From: Candidatus Latescibacterota bacterium
GTDB taxonomy: Bacteria; Latescibacterota; UBA2968; GCA-2709665
NCBI GenBank assembly: GCA_965219455.1
Contig: OZ244744.1
Location: 3,424,001 to 3,488,000 of the forward strand
DNA: 64,000 bases
Reading direction: 5' to 3'
Positions within the stretch are counted from its first letter, which is position 1. Each line of letters starts with the position of its first letter. Made by a program: the position numbers and the translations under genes. Below, piece by piece: positions 11,451 to 20,170 of this stretch. The notes beneath the pieces were generated by a model, which was not told the origin of the DNA, ran no database searches, and was given only the letters and a program-made list of their open reading frames with translations.

Positions 11451-12218
11451 ATGGCATCGAGTGAAGCCGGGGAGCAGTTCGACCGCCAGGCGGCGAAGTA
11501 TGCGGTGAGCGAAGCGCATTCGTCCGGAGAGAGTTTGCGCATCCTCACTGAGTGGGCATCCCTCGAACGCTACCCGTTGGGTCTGGATATGGCCACCGGT
11601 CCCGGCTTTACGGCGTTCGCGATTGCGGAGTTCTGCGACACAATCGTGGCTTCTGACATCGCGCAAGGCATGCTGGACCAGGCCCGCAAAATTGCCGCCA
11701 GGCGGGGCATCGCAAACGTCCGTTTCGAAATAATCGATGCGAGCGATATTCCGTATCCGGACGCATCCATTGACCTGGTCACCTGTCGTACAGCCCCGCA
11801 CCATTTTCAGGACATCGGGAAGTTTCTTTCAGAAGTCCACCGCGTGTTGAGGCCCGGGGGCGTCTTTCTGCTGTGCGACACCACGACGTCGGAAGACCCC
11901 GTCATCGCGGCGTGGCATCATCAGGTGGAAGTGGCGCGAGATCCTTCGCATGCATCGGCGCCGACACCGTCTAAGTGGCGCAGGTACGTGACGGACACCG
12001 GTTTCGAAATAACCCATACTGCCGCGACGCAGGTGGACATGACGTTCTGGGATTGGGTCAAAAGGTCGGGTACACCTGAGGCGGCCTCGGAAAGCGTGTA
12101 TCGGGACTTTGAGGTGGCATCTCAGGATGTCAGAAGCGAGTTCGGGATACGACGCCTGGGCGAACACGATTTCGAGTTCTACTGGCCGGTTTTCTGTTGT
12201 AGAGTCGTGAAGATCTGA
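11451..12218 (+). CDS. Class I SAM-dependent methyltransferase
   Basis: LDMATGPG, DIAQGML, IDLVTCRTAPHHF, RVLRPGG. Confidence 0.88.
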   Translation: MASSEAGEQFDRQAAKYAVSEAHSSGESLRILTEWASLERYPLGLDMATGPGFTAFAIAEFCDTIVASDIAQGMLDQARKIAARRGIANVRFEIIDASDIPYPDASIDLVTCRTAPHHFQDIGKFLSEVHRVLRPGGVFLLCDTTTSEDPVIAAWHHQVEVARDPSHASAPTPSKWRRYVTDTGFEITHTAATQVDMTFWDWVKRSGTPEAASESVYRDFEVASQDVRSEFGIRRLGEHDFEFYWPVFCCRVVKI

Positions 12219-12287
12219 AACCCGCGATAACGCGGGGCCCGCCGTGTATTGATTCGACCTTGTCGCCAAATCCGGAAGAGAGGAACG

Positions 12288-12701
12288 ATGTCGTCGCCAA
12301 CTACTCAAGCGTGCAAGTTAATTCGCTCCCAGGCAGTCTACACCGGCAAGCAGGCCTTTACGTATCGAACCGGCGTCGCGGCCGAAAACACGGGCGCGCG
12401 CGGGATCTGCATGCACCTGCTGAAAATACCTCCGGGCGAACGCGCCAGGGCGCATCTGCACGAAGGCCACGAGACCGCCGTCTACGTCATCAGCGGCAGG
12501 TCCGGAATGTGGTACGGTGACAGCCTGGAGGAGCACATGTGCGTCGACAGCGGCGATTTCGTCTATATCCCACCCGGCGTGCCCCACCTTCCCTACAATC
12601 CCAGCGAGACCGAAACCTGCACCGTCGTCATCGCCCGCACGGACCCCAACGAGCAGGAGAGCGTCCGGCTACTGCCAGAGTTGGATGGAATACATGGCTG
12701 A
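12288..12701 (+). CDS. Cupin domain protein
   Basis: AHLHEGHET and GDFVYIPPGVPH cupin motifs; C-terminal ARTDPNEQESV; GAGGA RBS. Confidence 0.88.
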   Translation: MSSPTTQACKLIRSQAVYTGKQAFTYRTGVAAENTGARGICMHLLKIPPGERARAHLHEGHETAVYVISGRSGMWYGDSLEEHMCVDSGDFVYIPPGVPHLPYNPSETETCTVVIARTDPNEQESVRLLPELDGIHG

Positions 12702-13138
12702 TAAATCCGCTGTGCGTCGGGCGCCACCCCAGGGAGCCGTTACACACTGTGTAGTTTTGTAAACCTCGCCATCCTGATTGATCCAGCCTCCGCTGTCACA
12801 CCTCACGGCATCCCCTCGTCACGATTCGAAGTCGCCTACCCTGCTGTCTTTTTCGTCTCCGCAATCCAAAAACCCGGTTTCGCGGATGCATAGTCAATCC
12901 ATGCTCGGCTTGAGCGTATCCTGGCGCCCCTGAATACGTCGGTCCGGCAACATGCGCAAGCCATCAGGGGGGCCATCGCAACCTATGGGGTTTTTTCGAC
13001 GGAAACTCACAATCCGGTTTTGGCGAATACACATCCGTTTGAGCGTTAGATCTGCACGGAATCGCCAGGCTTCTGTCCATATGTCCGGGAGAAAATCCGT
13101 TTACGGCTGGCGGGAGAGGGGGCAACAAGGGTGGGTAT

Positions 13139-15220
13139 CTACTGGGGGAGCGGTAAGCCGGATCTGGGGCTCTTTGGACCAGGCGGATTGACGCGTTTGA
13201 AGTCGATCCTGTATTGGTCGAGGGCTTTGAGCGCCTTGTTATGGGGATGAGGATATATATCCCGGGACTTTCTCAATGACACGACGGCGGCGTTCGCCTT
13301 GCCCAGATTCTGTAGAAGCCTGCCCTTGTGGTAGTATAGGTCCGCGAGGGTTTTCTTTTTAAGTGCTTCATGCTTGAGGGTCTCAGCCCTGGTCAACCAC
13401 GACGCGACCTGTTCCCAGTTTGAACTGTTACCATTATCCAGTAAGACTGTGGCCATACCAAGCAGGCTTGCATAACTTCCATGTGCGAGTTGGAACAGTT
13501 GCTGTACGTGATCGCGTAGTGGGTGGCCCGTAAAATGGATCAATCCCAGGTATTGACCATATTGAAACAGCAGTTCGTTACGCCGGACGCGTTCCCAGCG
13601 ATCGATGGGCTTCCAGTTGATGAGGTATACGAAGAACTCCTCGCCGCGTGGGTGGCGCTTCAGCTTTATCGTCCCCGGCTTGCCGTCTCGTGCGGTCTGT
13701 AGCAGGAAGCCGTAGATCCACTTTTGGCGTTCGGGATAGATATCGACGTCAAGTGGGAAAAAGAGTGCGCGTTCGGTCGAGTCGACGAATTTTTCCAGGG
13801 TCTCTTTCCGTGCCGCAGCGGACATAAACGGACTGACGAGGCGCGTGCCAAATACGAGTCCCTGCAGATTGTACAGCGTGACATCGGGACGTCGGTTTTC
13901 GACAAATCGATCGTAGCCGATGTGGCCGGTTGGATCTCCGAATACGAACAGGACCCCATCTTCCAGCACAAGGTCCAACACCATTTCATTGTAACGCTCG
14001 GCAAAGTCGTTATCGGCCCTATCGTTTGCCTGCCAGTGCGAATTCACGGACCAACAGGCTAAGGCGAGGCCGGCCAGCGCTGCCGCACCGATTCTGACTT
14101 TCGGTTGCCGGACCGTCCTGGAGGAGAAGCTCCTTGCCAGCCAGCTATAGACAACCTGCAAACCAATTCCCAGCCACAATGCCTGAATGCCGTAACACGT
14201 CAGGGAATAGGGCCGAAAAACCGCCACCTGGAAATCGTCAAAATCGAAGCGCAGCAGGACAATAAGCACAATGCTGTTCGCGAGAAAGACCAAGACTCCG
14301 GACCAGGCGATTGCGACCTGCCGCCTCCGAAACAGGATGACCAGGCCGAAGACCGCCAGCGCAAATCCCGGCAGCGTCAATTGCCACAAAAACTCGTTGC
14401 CAAGCCACCGCATGAACTTGAACCGGTCGACCCATCCCGCGCTGGGGCTGAGATCGACGTCGACATATCCCTGCCGGCTGACGTAGAACCAGACTTCCTT
14501 AAGTGTGTCGATAGGGCCGTAGAAATTAATCAGTATTTCCTGGTGCGACCTCCAGATCATCCAGATATAAGGAAAAGCCGCGCAGCACCCGAGAATGGCC
14601 AGGAGCAGAGGGAGTTTCCTATATACTGTGCGCCGAACGGTAAAGGCCAGTACCACCAATCCCGGCGTTGACAGCACTGTCAGGGGAAGGTGATTGGCGA
14701 GGCTCAATCCGTAGGCCGCAGCGGCGACTATCCAGATACCGGTACGGTGAGGCTGGCGGATGCCGAACAAGAGCAGTGTGTATAGGCCGAAGAAAAACAG
14801 CGCATTGAGGGTATAGACCTCGGTGACAATGGCCTGGGACCAGAAATGCTCGGAGGCGGCGAACAGCCAGGCGGCGGTCAGAGCCGGAATCGACGAGGCC
14901 CCGATCAGGCGTCCGCACAAATAAACGCAACCGCACGCGAGCGCGCCCAGTACCGCGCTGGACAAATGGCCGAGGAAGGCGGCGCTGCCAAAGGGCAATT
15001 GCGTGAAGAGATATACAATGAACGTATAGAGCGGATATCCCGGCGGATGGGCCACGCCCAGGTGCGCCCCGGCCATCAGAAACAACCCATCGTCTTCCAG
15101 GACAACGGTGCGCGGCATCGTCAACACATAGAGCACGAGCGGGGCCACAACGGACGCAGCCAATGCGGCCACGTCGCGGGCCGGTTCAAACGCTTCATTC
15201 ATGGCGTGCGCGCGATTCAT
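13139..15220 (-). CDS. DUF2723 (TMEM260-like) GT-C membrane glycosyltransferase with C-terminal TPR-like helices
   Basis: EDDG, GVAHPPGYPLY, FWSQA...EVY, ANH motifs and many TM helices. Start overlaps the gtrA stop. Confidence 0.82.
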   Translation of the reverse strand: MNRAHAMNEAFEPARDVAALAASVVAPLVLYVLTMPRTVVLEDDGLFLMAGAHLGVAHPPGYPLYTFIVYLFTQLPFGSAAFLGHLSSAVLGALACGCVYLCGRLIGASSIPALTAAWLFAASEHFWSQAIVTEVYTLNALFFFGLYTLLLFGIRQPHRTGIWIVAAAAYGLSLANHLPLTVLSTPGLVVLAFTVRRTVYRKLPLLLAILGCCAAFPYIWMIWRSHQEILINFYGPIDTLKEVWFYVSRQGYVDVDLSPSAGWVDRFKFMRWLGNEFLWQLTLPGFALAVFGLVILFRRRQVAIAWSGVLVFLANSIVLIVLLRFDFDDFQVAVFRPYSLTCYGIQALWLGIGLQVVYSWLARSFSSRTVRQPKVRIGAAALAGLALACWSVNSHWQANDRADNDFAERYNEMVLDLVLEDGVLFVFGDPTGHIGYDRFVENRRPDVTLYNLQGLVFGTRLVSPFMSAAARKETLEKFVDSTERALFFPLDVDIYPERQKWIYGFLLQTARDGKPGTIKLKRHPRGEEFFVYLINWKPIDRWERVRRNELLFQYGQYLGLIHFTGHPLRDHVQQLFQLAHGSYASLLGMATVLLDNGNSSNWEQVASWLTRAETLKHEALKKKTLADLYYHKGRLLQNLGKANAAVVSLRKSRDIYPHPHNKALKALDQYRIDFKRVNPPGPKSPRSGLPLPQ

Positions 15221-15660
15221 TGGGCGCCGTCCTCGCTGTTTCCCGCCCGATCGAGGGTCCCGTCGCGAAACGTCCATAGGGAATTGACGGAATAGTTGAA
15301 TAAACCGGCCGGGGCAATCGCGCAGCCCTGCCAAATCACCAATGCCACAGCCGGGAATAGAAAGGAAAGCAGCACGAAAGTTCCGTAACTCAGCATCAGC
15401 GTCACAAACGAAACGAGGTGATACTTCAACCCCCGAATCCGCCTCTTTCCGGACAGGGTACGGTCGCTGAAGGTCCAGTAGTTGTTGAGCAGAAAATTCG
15501 AGACAATCGACAGCTCAATCGCAATCGGCGACGCCAGCAATTCGTGCACGCCTAGACCGAGCAACAGCTGAAACGAACCGAGATTGACGAATACTCCGGA
15601 GAGACCGGTCAGCACGAATTTGACGAATGTCGGAGACGGTAATTTTCTGTTTCGTTGCAT
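15217..15660 (-). CDS. GtrA family membrane protein
   Basis: KFVLTGLSGVFVN, NFLLNNYWTF, FNYSVNSLWTF. Confidence 0.88.
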   Translation of the reverse strand: MQRNRKLPSPTFVKFVLTGLSGVFVNLGSFQLLLGLGVHELLASPIAIELSIVSNFLLNNYWTFSDRTLSGKRRIRGLKYHLVSFVTLMLSYGTFVLLSFLFPAVALVIWQGCAIAPAGLFNYSVNSLWTFRDGTLDRAGNSEDGAQ

Positions 15661-16150
15661 GGATATCGAGTGATTGCGGGTGGTGGATGGACGCGGTCCC
15701 GTCTTACGCTACGGGGCCCTATCGCTTTGTTAACCTCATTCCATTGGCGTTCCGCGGAACGTTCAACGACGACGTTACCAAGTTTAACGATATCTCGGAA
15801 CCTCGGCAACTGTAACGGGACGTCTTTCGTGGAACTATGTCCGCGCGAGCGGCGGCATTCGATGGCGTTATCGGAACGATAGAGCCAGGCGCCGTCGCTT
15901 CGCGGATGCCAGCGGTTTCCCGCTCGCATTTGACGGTGACGACCGGTCTGCCTTTGCGTCACCGCACGCACACATGAGACAGTGGCGCCTTGCTGTTTCG
16001 GGAGGGGGAAGCAAGTACAGGGTGTTTTGTCTCGGACGGTTGATGCGCTCAAGCGATACTTCGAACAAAAGCTTGAAAAGGTGGAGAAGACATTCTTGTC
16101 TGCTCATATACAGCAAACCGAAATCTCAGAATGCTGTGTCCGGGAACGCC

Positions 16151-16295
16151 AAAACTCGCCGCCGTCTTCCCCACTGGAAGAAGGACGGCGCTGTCTATTG
16201 GATCACCTTTCGCCTGGCTGACGCGATCCCCCATGGACAAACGCCGTGCCTTCCAAGAAGCGCGTAAGGTGTGGCTCAAGCGCCATCCCGAGTAT
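16151..16295 (+). pseudogene. N-terminal remnant of a REP-associated tyrosine transposase (RAYT, Y1_Tnp family)
   Basis: RRRLPHWKKDGAVYWITFRLADAIP, then a frameshift to ..EARKVWLKRHP; no HUH/Tyr domain follows. Confidence 0.7.
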
Positions 16296-16358
16296 TGGTT
16301 CTATAGTGGCGGCGCAAGCCTTTCTTCTGTCTGCATTCCGGCAAAAGGACAATGAGAA

Positions 16359-16384
16359 GGGCAGACAGGAATGTCTGCCCCACC
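16359..16384 (-). repeat. REP hairpin next to the RAYT remnant
   Basis: gggcagaca-ggaa-tgtctgccc perfect stem; the minus strand reads GTGGGGCAGACATTCCTGTCTGCCC. Confidence 0.7.
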
Positions 16385-16741
16385 TTCACGATTCCTCAAG
16401 GGCTCGACAAGCCATTGTGCGCGGGGAAGATGATTGATTCGCGTATAAAGCAGCTTTGTTGACCAAATACCCTTCGCGTGTTTGCCCGCCGAGCGCGGGC
16501 TGAAATTACCCATCTGAAGTTTCTTGTTGGATCGAACATCGGTGGCTCTTGTCACCGGTGTTTTCTTGTTACAACGATTCCCTGTGCGTTCGGCGCGGCG
16601 TAAGATGCAACAACGTTTCATCCGAGTGAGGCAGAATGGAACACGTTTTTCAAGTACCGGCCGTGGTACGGCGACCTCCGGACCGTTCAAAAATAAAGTC
16701 GCATATGCAAGCCAGACAGTTATGCCCCTGGGTATTGAGAG

Positions 16742-16757
16742 TGGCACAATCCTTGCG
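16742..16757 (+). promoter_or_regulatory. sigma54 (-24/-12) promoter upstream of the peptide precursor genes
   Basis: TGGCAC-AATCC-TTGC with exact GG-N10-GC spacing, 230 bp before the first precursor. Confidence 0.72.
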
Positions 16758-16985
16758 AGTCCAATGCGTCGACGGAGTCACCGGCAACGGGTGTCGGGTG
16801 ACAGGTTATCACGGTTGATTCGCAGCCGAAGCCGCCCCGGCGGGGCGTGTGCCGAGATCGGAAAAAAGGCATACAAAACGCTTCGGAAATCATGGCATCT
16901 CAGCGATGCGCATCCGGCTCCCTGATTTACAACAGAGGAGATTGTCAGGATATCGCGGGGATGTTGACGAAAGGAGGTGATAGAC

Positions 16986-17189
16986 ATGAACAGGCGAACT
17001 GTATCAAGCCCTGTGGACTCGTCCGGAATTCCGGCTCGGCTTCCCATCCGGACGGAGGACTTGACCCACGGGCAGATTGCAGGCATCTCCGGTGGCGACG
17101 CCGGGTTTGGACGCCTCATCAGAGAATTAGTCGCTGAGATTTTTGGCGTGAGATTACCTGCACCAGAGGTTCCGTCCATAACATTGTAG
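16986..17189 (+). CDS. Double-glycine leader peptide precursor 1 (37-aa leader + 30-aa core)
   Basis: RBS AAGGAGGTGA. Leader ends EDLTHGQIAGISGG (L-12, I-7, I-4); core DAGFGRLIRELVAEIFGVRLPAPEVPSITL. Confidence 0.85.
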   Translation: MNRRTVSSPVDSSGIPARLPIRTEDLTHGQIAGISGGDAGFGRLIRELVAEIFGVRLPAPEVPSITL

Positions 17190-17338
17190 CCATCAAGTAA
17201 TACCGCATCCGGAAGTGGCCTTTGATGGTCCAAATGTGTCCGTCTATTCATTCGCGCAGAGGTATATGGACTCATTATATCGGCGCAAACGGATACATCT
17301 GAGTATCGCTGAGACCCAAAGAGGAAGGAGGTGACGAA

Positions 17339-17542
17339 ATGACCGATCGAATCCTTACAGTGCCAACCCAGGCCACCGTGACCTGCGCTCAGCTCCCTGG
17401 CCGTGAGATCGAACTGGCGCATCGTGAGATGTTGAATTCATCGGGAGGTATCTGGCTACCTACAGGTCCGATCTTTATGGTCCGGTTTATTGCGGAGAGA
17501 ATTGCAGAGGTCATTGACGATTACTTCGACGACGGGAGTTAA
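17339..17542 (+). CDS. Double-glycine leader peptide precursor 2 (37-aa leader + 30-aa core)
   Basis: RBS AAGGAGGTGA. Leader ends ELAHREMLNSSGG; core IWLPTGPIFMVRFIAERIAEVIDDYFDDGS. Confidence 0.85.
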   Translation: MTDRILTVPTQATVTCAQLPGREIELAHREMLNSSGGIWLPTGPIFMVRFIAERIAEVIDDYFDDGS

Positions 17543-17779
17543 TCTTGTGTCCGGTCACGTGGAAGGCCGTAATTCCTGGCGACCTCCACAGGCGACAGTT
17601 CGAGTTGAATTTTCAATATGCGCGTTTTTTTTTGTGGCATCGCCGATGACGGAACCAAACCCTCAGGATATCGTCCGCAATCCAGCTGATCGGCGGGTTG
17701 CTGAAGACACCGTGGTCACTGCGAGACGCAGCATCGTAATCGTAGACACTAATCCTAAACAAATCTTCAGGAGGACATC

Positions 17780-18046
17780 ATGACTCACGCGTTGGCTAAT
17801 CCGATGGCGACCGATGCCGGTCACAAGGTTGTAGCCTGTAATCCACTTCGGTGGCGGGAAGAATTACTCGACACTGGACAGATGGGAGAAACACATGGTG
17901 GGTTCATTTTTATACCAGCCCTGGTCGCGGCTGCCCAAGCTGCCGCACCCTGGATATTGGGTACTGCGAGTGGTATCGTTGCTGGATACATTGTCGCTGA
18001 GTTAACGTCCAATAACGGGGGTGGAAGCTGTTGCTGCAAAAAGTGA
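17780..18046 (+). CDS. Double-glycine leader peptide precursor 3, class II bacteriocin-like (41-aa leader + 47-aa core)
   Basis: RBS AGGAGGA. Leader ends LLDTGQMGETHGG; hydrophobic core with GxxxG motifs (GTASG, GIVAG) and a CCCKK tail. Confidence 0.85.
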   Translation: MTHALANPMATDAGHKVVACNPLRWREELLDTGQMGETHGGFIFIPALVAAAQAAAPWILGTASGIVAGYIVAELTSNNGGGSCCCKK

Positions 18047-18152
18047 GTAGTATGCACAGATAGTCTGTTTGTTTATTTCTGGGATAGGTGCAGTTCAGGG
18101 CTTCTGCACCTATCCCAGAAAAGGTCGATTGACACAAGAGTGGAGGTTTTGG

Positions 18153-18953
18153 ATGAAGGACGCCCTACTCGGGGGAACGTGGAGACGTTTTTTTCTCACG
18201 GCCTTTTTGTATGCGTGTTTGTCCGTTGCGCCGGCCGTTCTATTTGTTAAGTATGTCCTTAATCTGGACAATTCTATACTGTTAGCTGTTTTCGTTGGTC
18301 AGGCATTTTCGTTTATAATCCTGCGAAGAACGCTCTCTGCGTCTGCTGAGCGAATGCTGCGCGCAGTCTGCGGGCTGATTAAGTCGAGTCCCGAAGAAAT
18401 AAAAGGCGTCGAAGACCGAAAATCCGGTCAAGTAGCTATTGACAAAGATGAAGTGTACCAATTGTCCGCATTGATGTTCTGGCTCTCCGCGATGATTGTC
18501 GTGATCGTCAGATTCTCGCTTTCGTGGGAAGTCGATTTACGTCTATCGTTCGGGGGTTTGTTTAAATTCGCAGGATACCTCATCGTTGTTTATGTTTTTC
18601 ACGAAGCACTTCACGGTATTGCCGCGATAGCCTGGGCAAAGATTCCATTTCAATCACTGCACTTTGGTATCAACAGGCGATTGATGGCCCTGTACTGTCA
18701 TGCCGACAGACCGATGACGGTAAGCGCTTACCGGGCATTCGTGCTCTTGCCCATAATTGTGACAACACCGGCTGCGGCCCTGGTATTGTGGTTGGACCCT
18801 GCGATCTGGTCGCTCTTGCTCTTCAGTGGGACAGTTGCCGGGTGCGCCGGAGATGTCATGGTTTATTTCCAAGTCCGCCGACTTGACAATGACAGATGGG
18901 TAAAGGATCACCCGTCGGATATCGGCTTTCGCATTTTGCCTGAAGGGGAATAA
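18153..18953 (+). CDS. DUF3267-like putative zincin membrane metallopeptidase
   Basis: HEALHG, ALYCH, GCAGD, DHP..IG motifs and TM helices. GGAGG RBS at 18142-18146. Confidence 0.78.
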   Translation: MKDALLGGTWRRFFLTAFLYACLSVAPAVLFVKYVLNLDNSILLAVFVGQAFSFIILRRTLSASAERMLRAVCGLIKSSPEEIKGVEDRKSGQVAIDKDEVYQLSALMFWLSAMIVVIVRFSLSWEVDLRLSFGGLFKFAGYLIVVYVFHEALHGIAAIAWAKIPFQSLHFGINRRLMALYCHADRPMTVSAYRAFVLLPIIVTTPAAALVLWLDPAIWSLLLFSGTVAGCAGDVMVYFQVRRLDNDRWVKDHPSDIGFRILPEGE

Positions 18954-19033
18954 CGATAACCTGAGGCGACGAATCCCGAATACGAAAACCGCACGACCCC
19001 ATTTCTCTATCCACCACATATGAAGGTATCTCA

Positions 19034-19876
19034 ATGACGTATCCGAATCTGAAGCAGGCCATTTGGTTGTTGGTTTTATTTGCACTCATTCAAGTCATTC
19101 TGGTCGTGCTTGCGGCCGCTGCAGGCCGGTGGCTGTTCGAGAGTGAATTCTTGTCGGTCATTCTGTTAGTTGTGAGTTTCATTGTCATTCTGCTTTATGT
19201 GCACTACCGCGCAGATCTGACGTGGGAGGATATATCCCGGAGTTTCAACGTGGATTTTGATTGGCGGGTTTGGCCCTGCGTCACAATATCCATTGTCGGT
19301 ATGGCGATGGTTCTTTTCGAATTGGACAAAGCCTTGGTCCGTATAATGCCTATGCCAGAGTGGGTACAGGATACCCTTCATTCGGCGTTCGGGCGCGAAA
19401 CATCTTTCTCGTCTGCCTTACTCTATGCAGTTATTGTCGGACCTTTGGTCGAAGAGGTGCTTCATAGAAGGATAATATTGAGTGGTCTTCTGGCAAACTA
19501 TAACGCGATTAATGCGTTTGTCTGGTCAGCAGTTCTGTTTGGCGTGTTTCATCTGATTCCGTGGCAAATCCCCGGCGCGTTCCTCGGGGGATTGTTACTT
19601 GCCTGGTGGGTTATCCGAACGGGGTCTTTGTTGCCCGCTCTGTTCGGGCACGTGTTGAACAATATTATCGGCGTTGCATCTCTGCACTTTGAAATTCCAT
19701 ATCTGGCGGTTTCGGATGACCTTAATGTTGTGGTTTTCAATCCTTGGTGGTGGATTGTTTCCGGGGCGGCGTTGGCCGCTCTCGGACTATGGTGGTTTTC
19801 ACGGGTTTCGAAACCCGTTCAGCCCGGTTCCCACGACCATGTTCTTCCTGCAAATGCCGAGACAAATACAGGTTAG
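19034..19876 (+). CDS. CPBP/Abi (CAAX protease-like) intramembrane protease, copy 1
   Basis: EEVLHR, FGVFH, GHVLNN motifs all intact; starts MTYPNLKQ. Confidence 0.9.
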   Translation: MTYPNLKQAIWLLVLFALIQVILVVLAAAAGRWLFESEFLSVILLVVSFIVILLYVHYRADLTWEDISRSFNVDFDWRVWPCVTISIVGMAMVLFELDKALVRIMPMPEWVQDTLHSAFGRETSFSSALLYAVIVGPLVEEVLHRRIILSGLLANYNAINAFVWSAVLFGVFHLIPWQIPGAFLGGLLLAWWVIRTGSLLPALFGHVLNNIIGVASLHFEIPYLAVSDDLNVVVFNPWWWIVSGAALAALGLWWFSRVSKPVQPGSHDHVLPANAETNTG

Positions 19877-19960
19877 GGACTGACAGGGCGTTCCTGGTTT
19901 CGTTAGTACCCACATCGGCTACTGGGCGCTCTCCGGGGACGCAATCGGTCGTTGTTACAC

Positions 19961-19976
19961 ATATTATATATAATAT
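19961..19976. promoter_or_regulatory. Perfect 16-bp AT palindrome containing TATAAT upstream of the transporter genes
   Basis: ATATTATATATAATAT; TATAAT at 19969-19974; no consensus -35 at standard spacing. Confidence 0.45.
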
Positions 19977-20170
19977 ATCCTGGAGAGAATGGGTCGACTT
20001 CAAATCTCCGCAAATTAAAATTGAGAGCCGCGTGCAGGATCTCTCGTCAGCGACGGCAAGTCCCGGGTATCCAGCCGGAAGTCTAGTCCGCAACCAACGA
20101 GCCGCGTCCCACCGGACATCGGTATACATCCGGACGTTCGAATAGTTCTGCCATTTACGGGAAGGAAACA

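Noticed and set aside
16778-17422. 214-aa minus-strand ORF across the precursor genes
   Set aside because: No recognisable motifs; it is antisense to two ORFs with excellent RBSs and GG leaders.
17637-17652. Second sigma54-like site TGGCATCGCCGATGA before precursor 3
   Set aside because: Lacks the conserved GC at -12.
16945-17673. TCAGGATATCG repeated before precursors 1 and 3, and GGA motifs as possible CsrA sites
   Set aside because: Only 11 nt, at different distances from the starts; not distinguishable from chance by eye.
16986-18046. Lanthipeptide, thiopeptide or other modified RiPP
   Set aside because: No LanM/LanBC, YcaO or radical SAM gene in the window, and cores 1 and 2 have no Cys.
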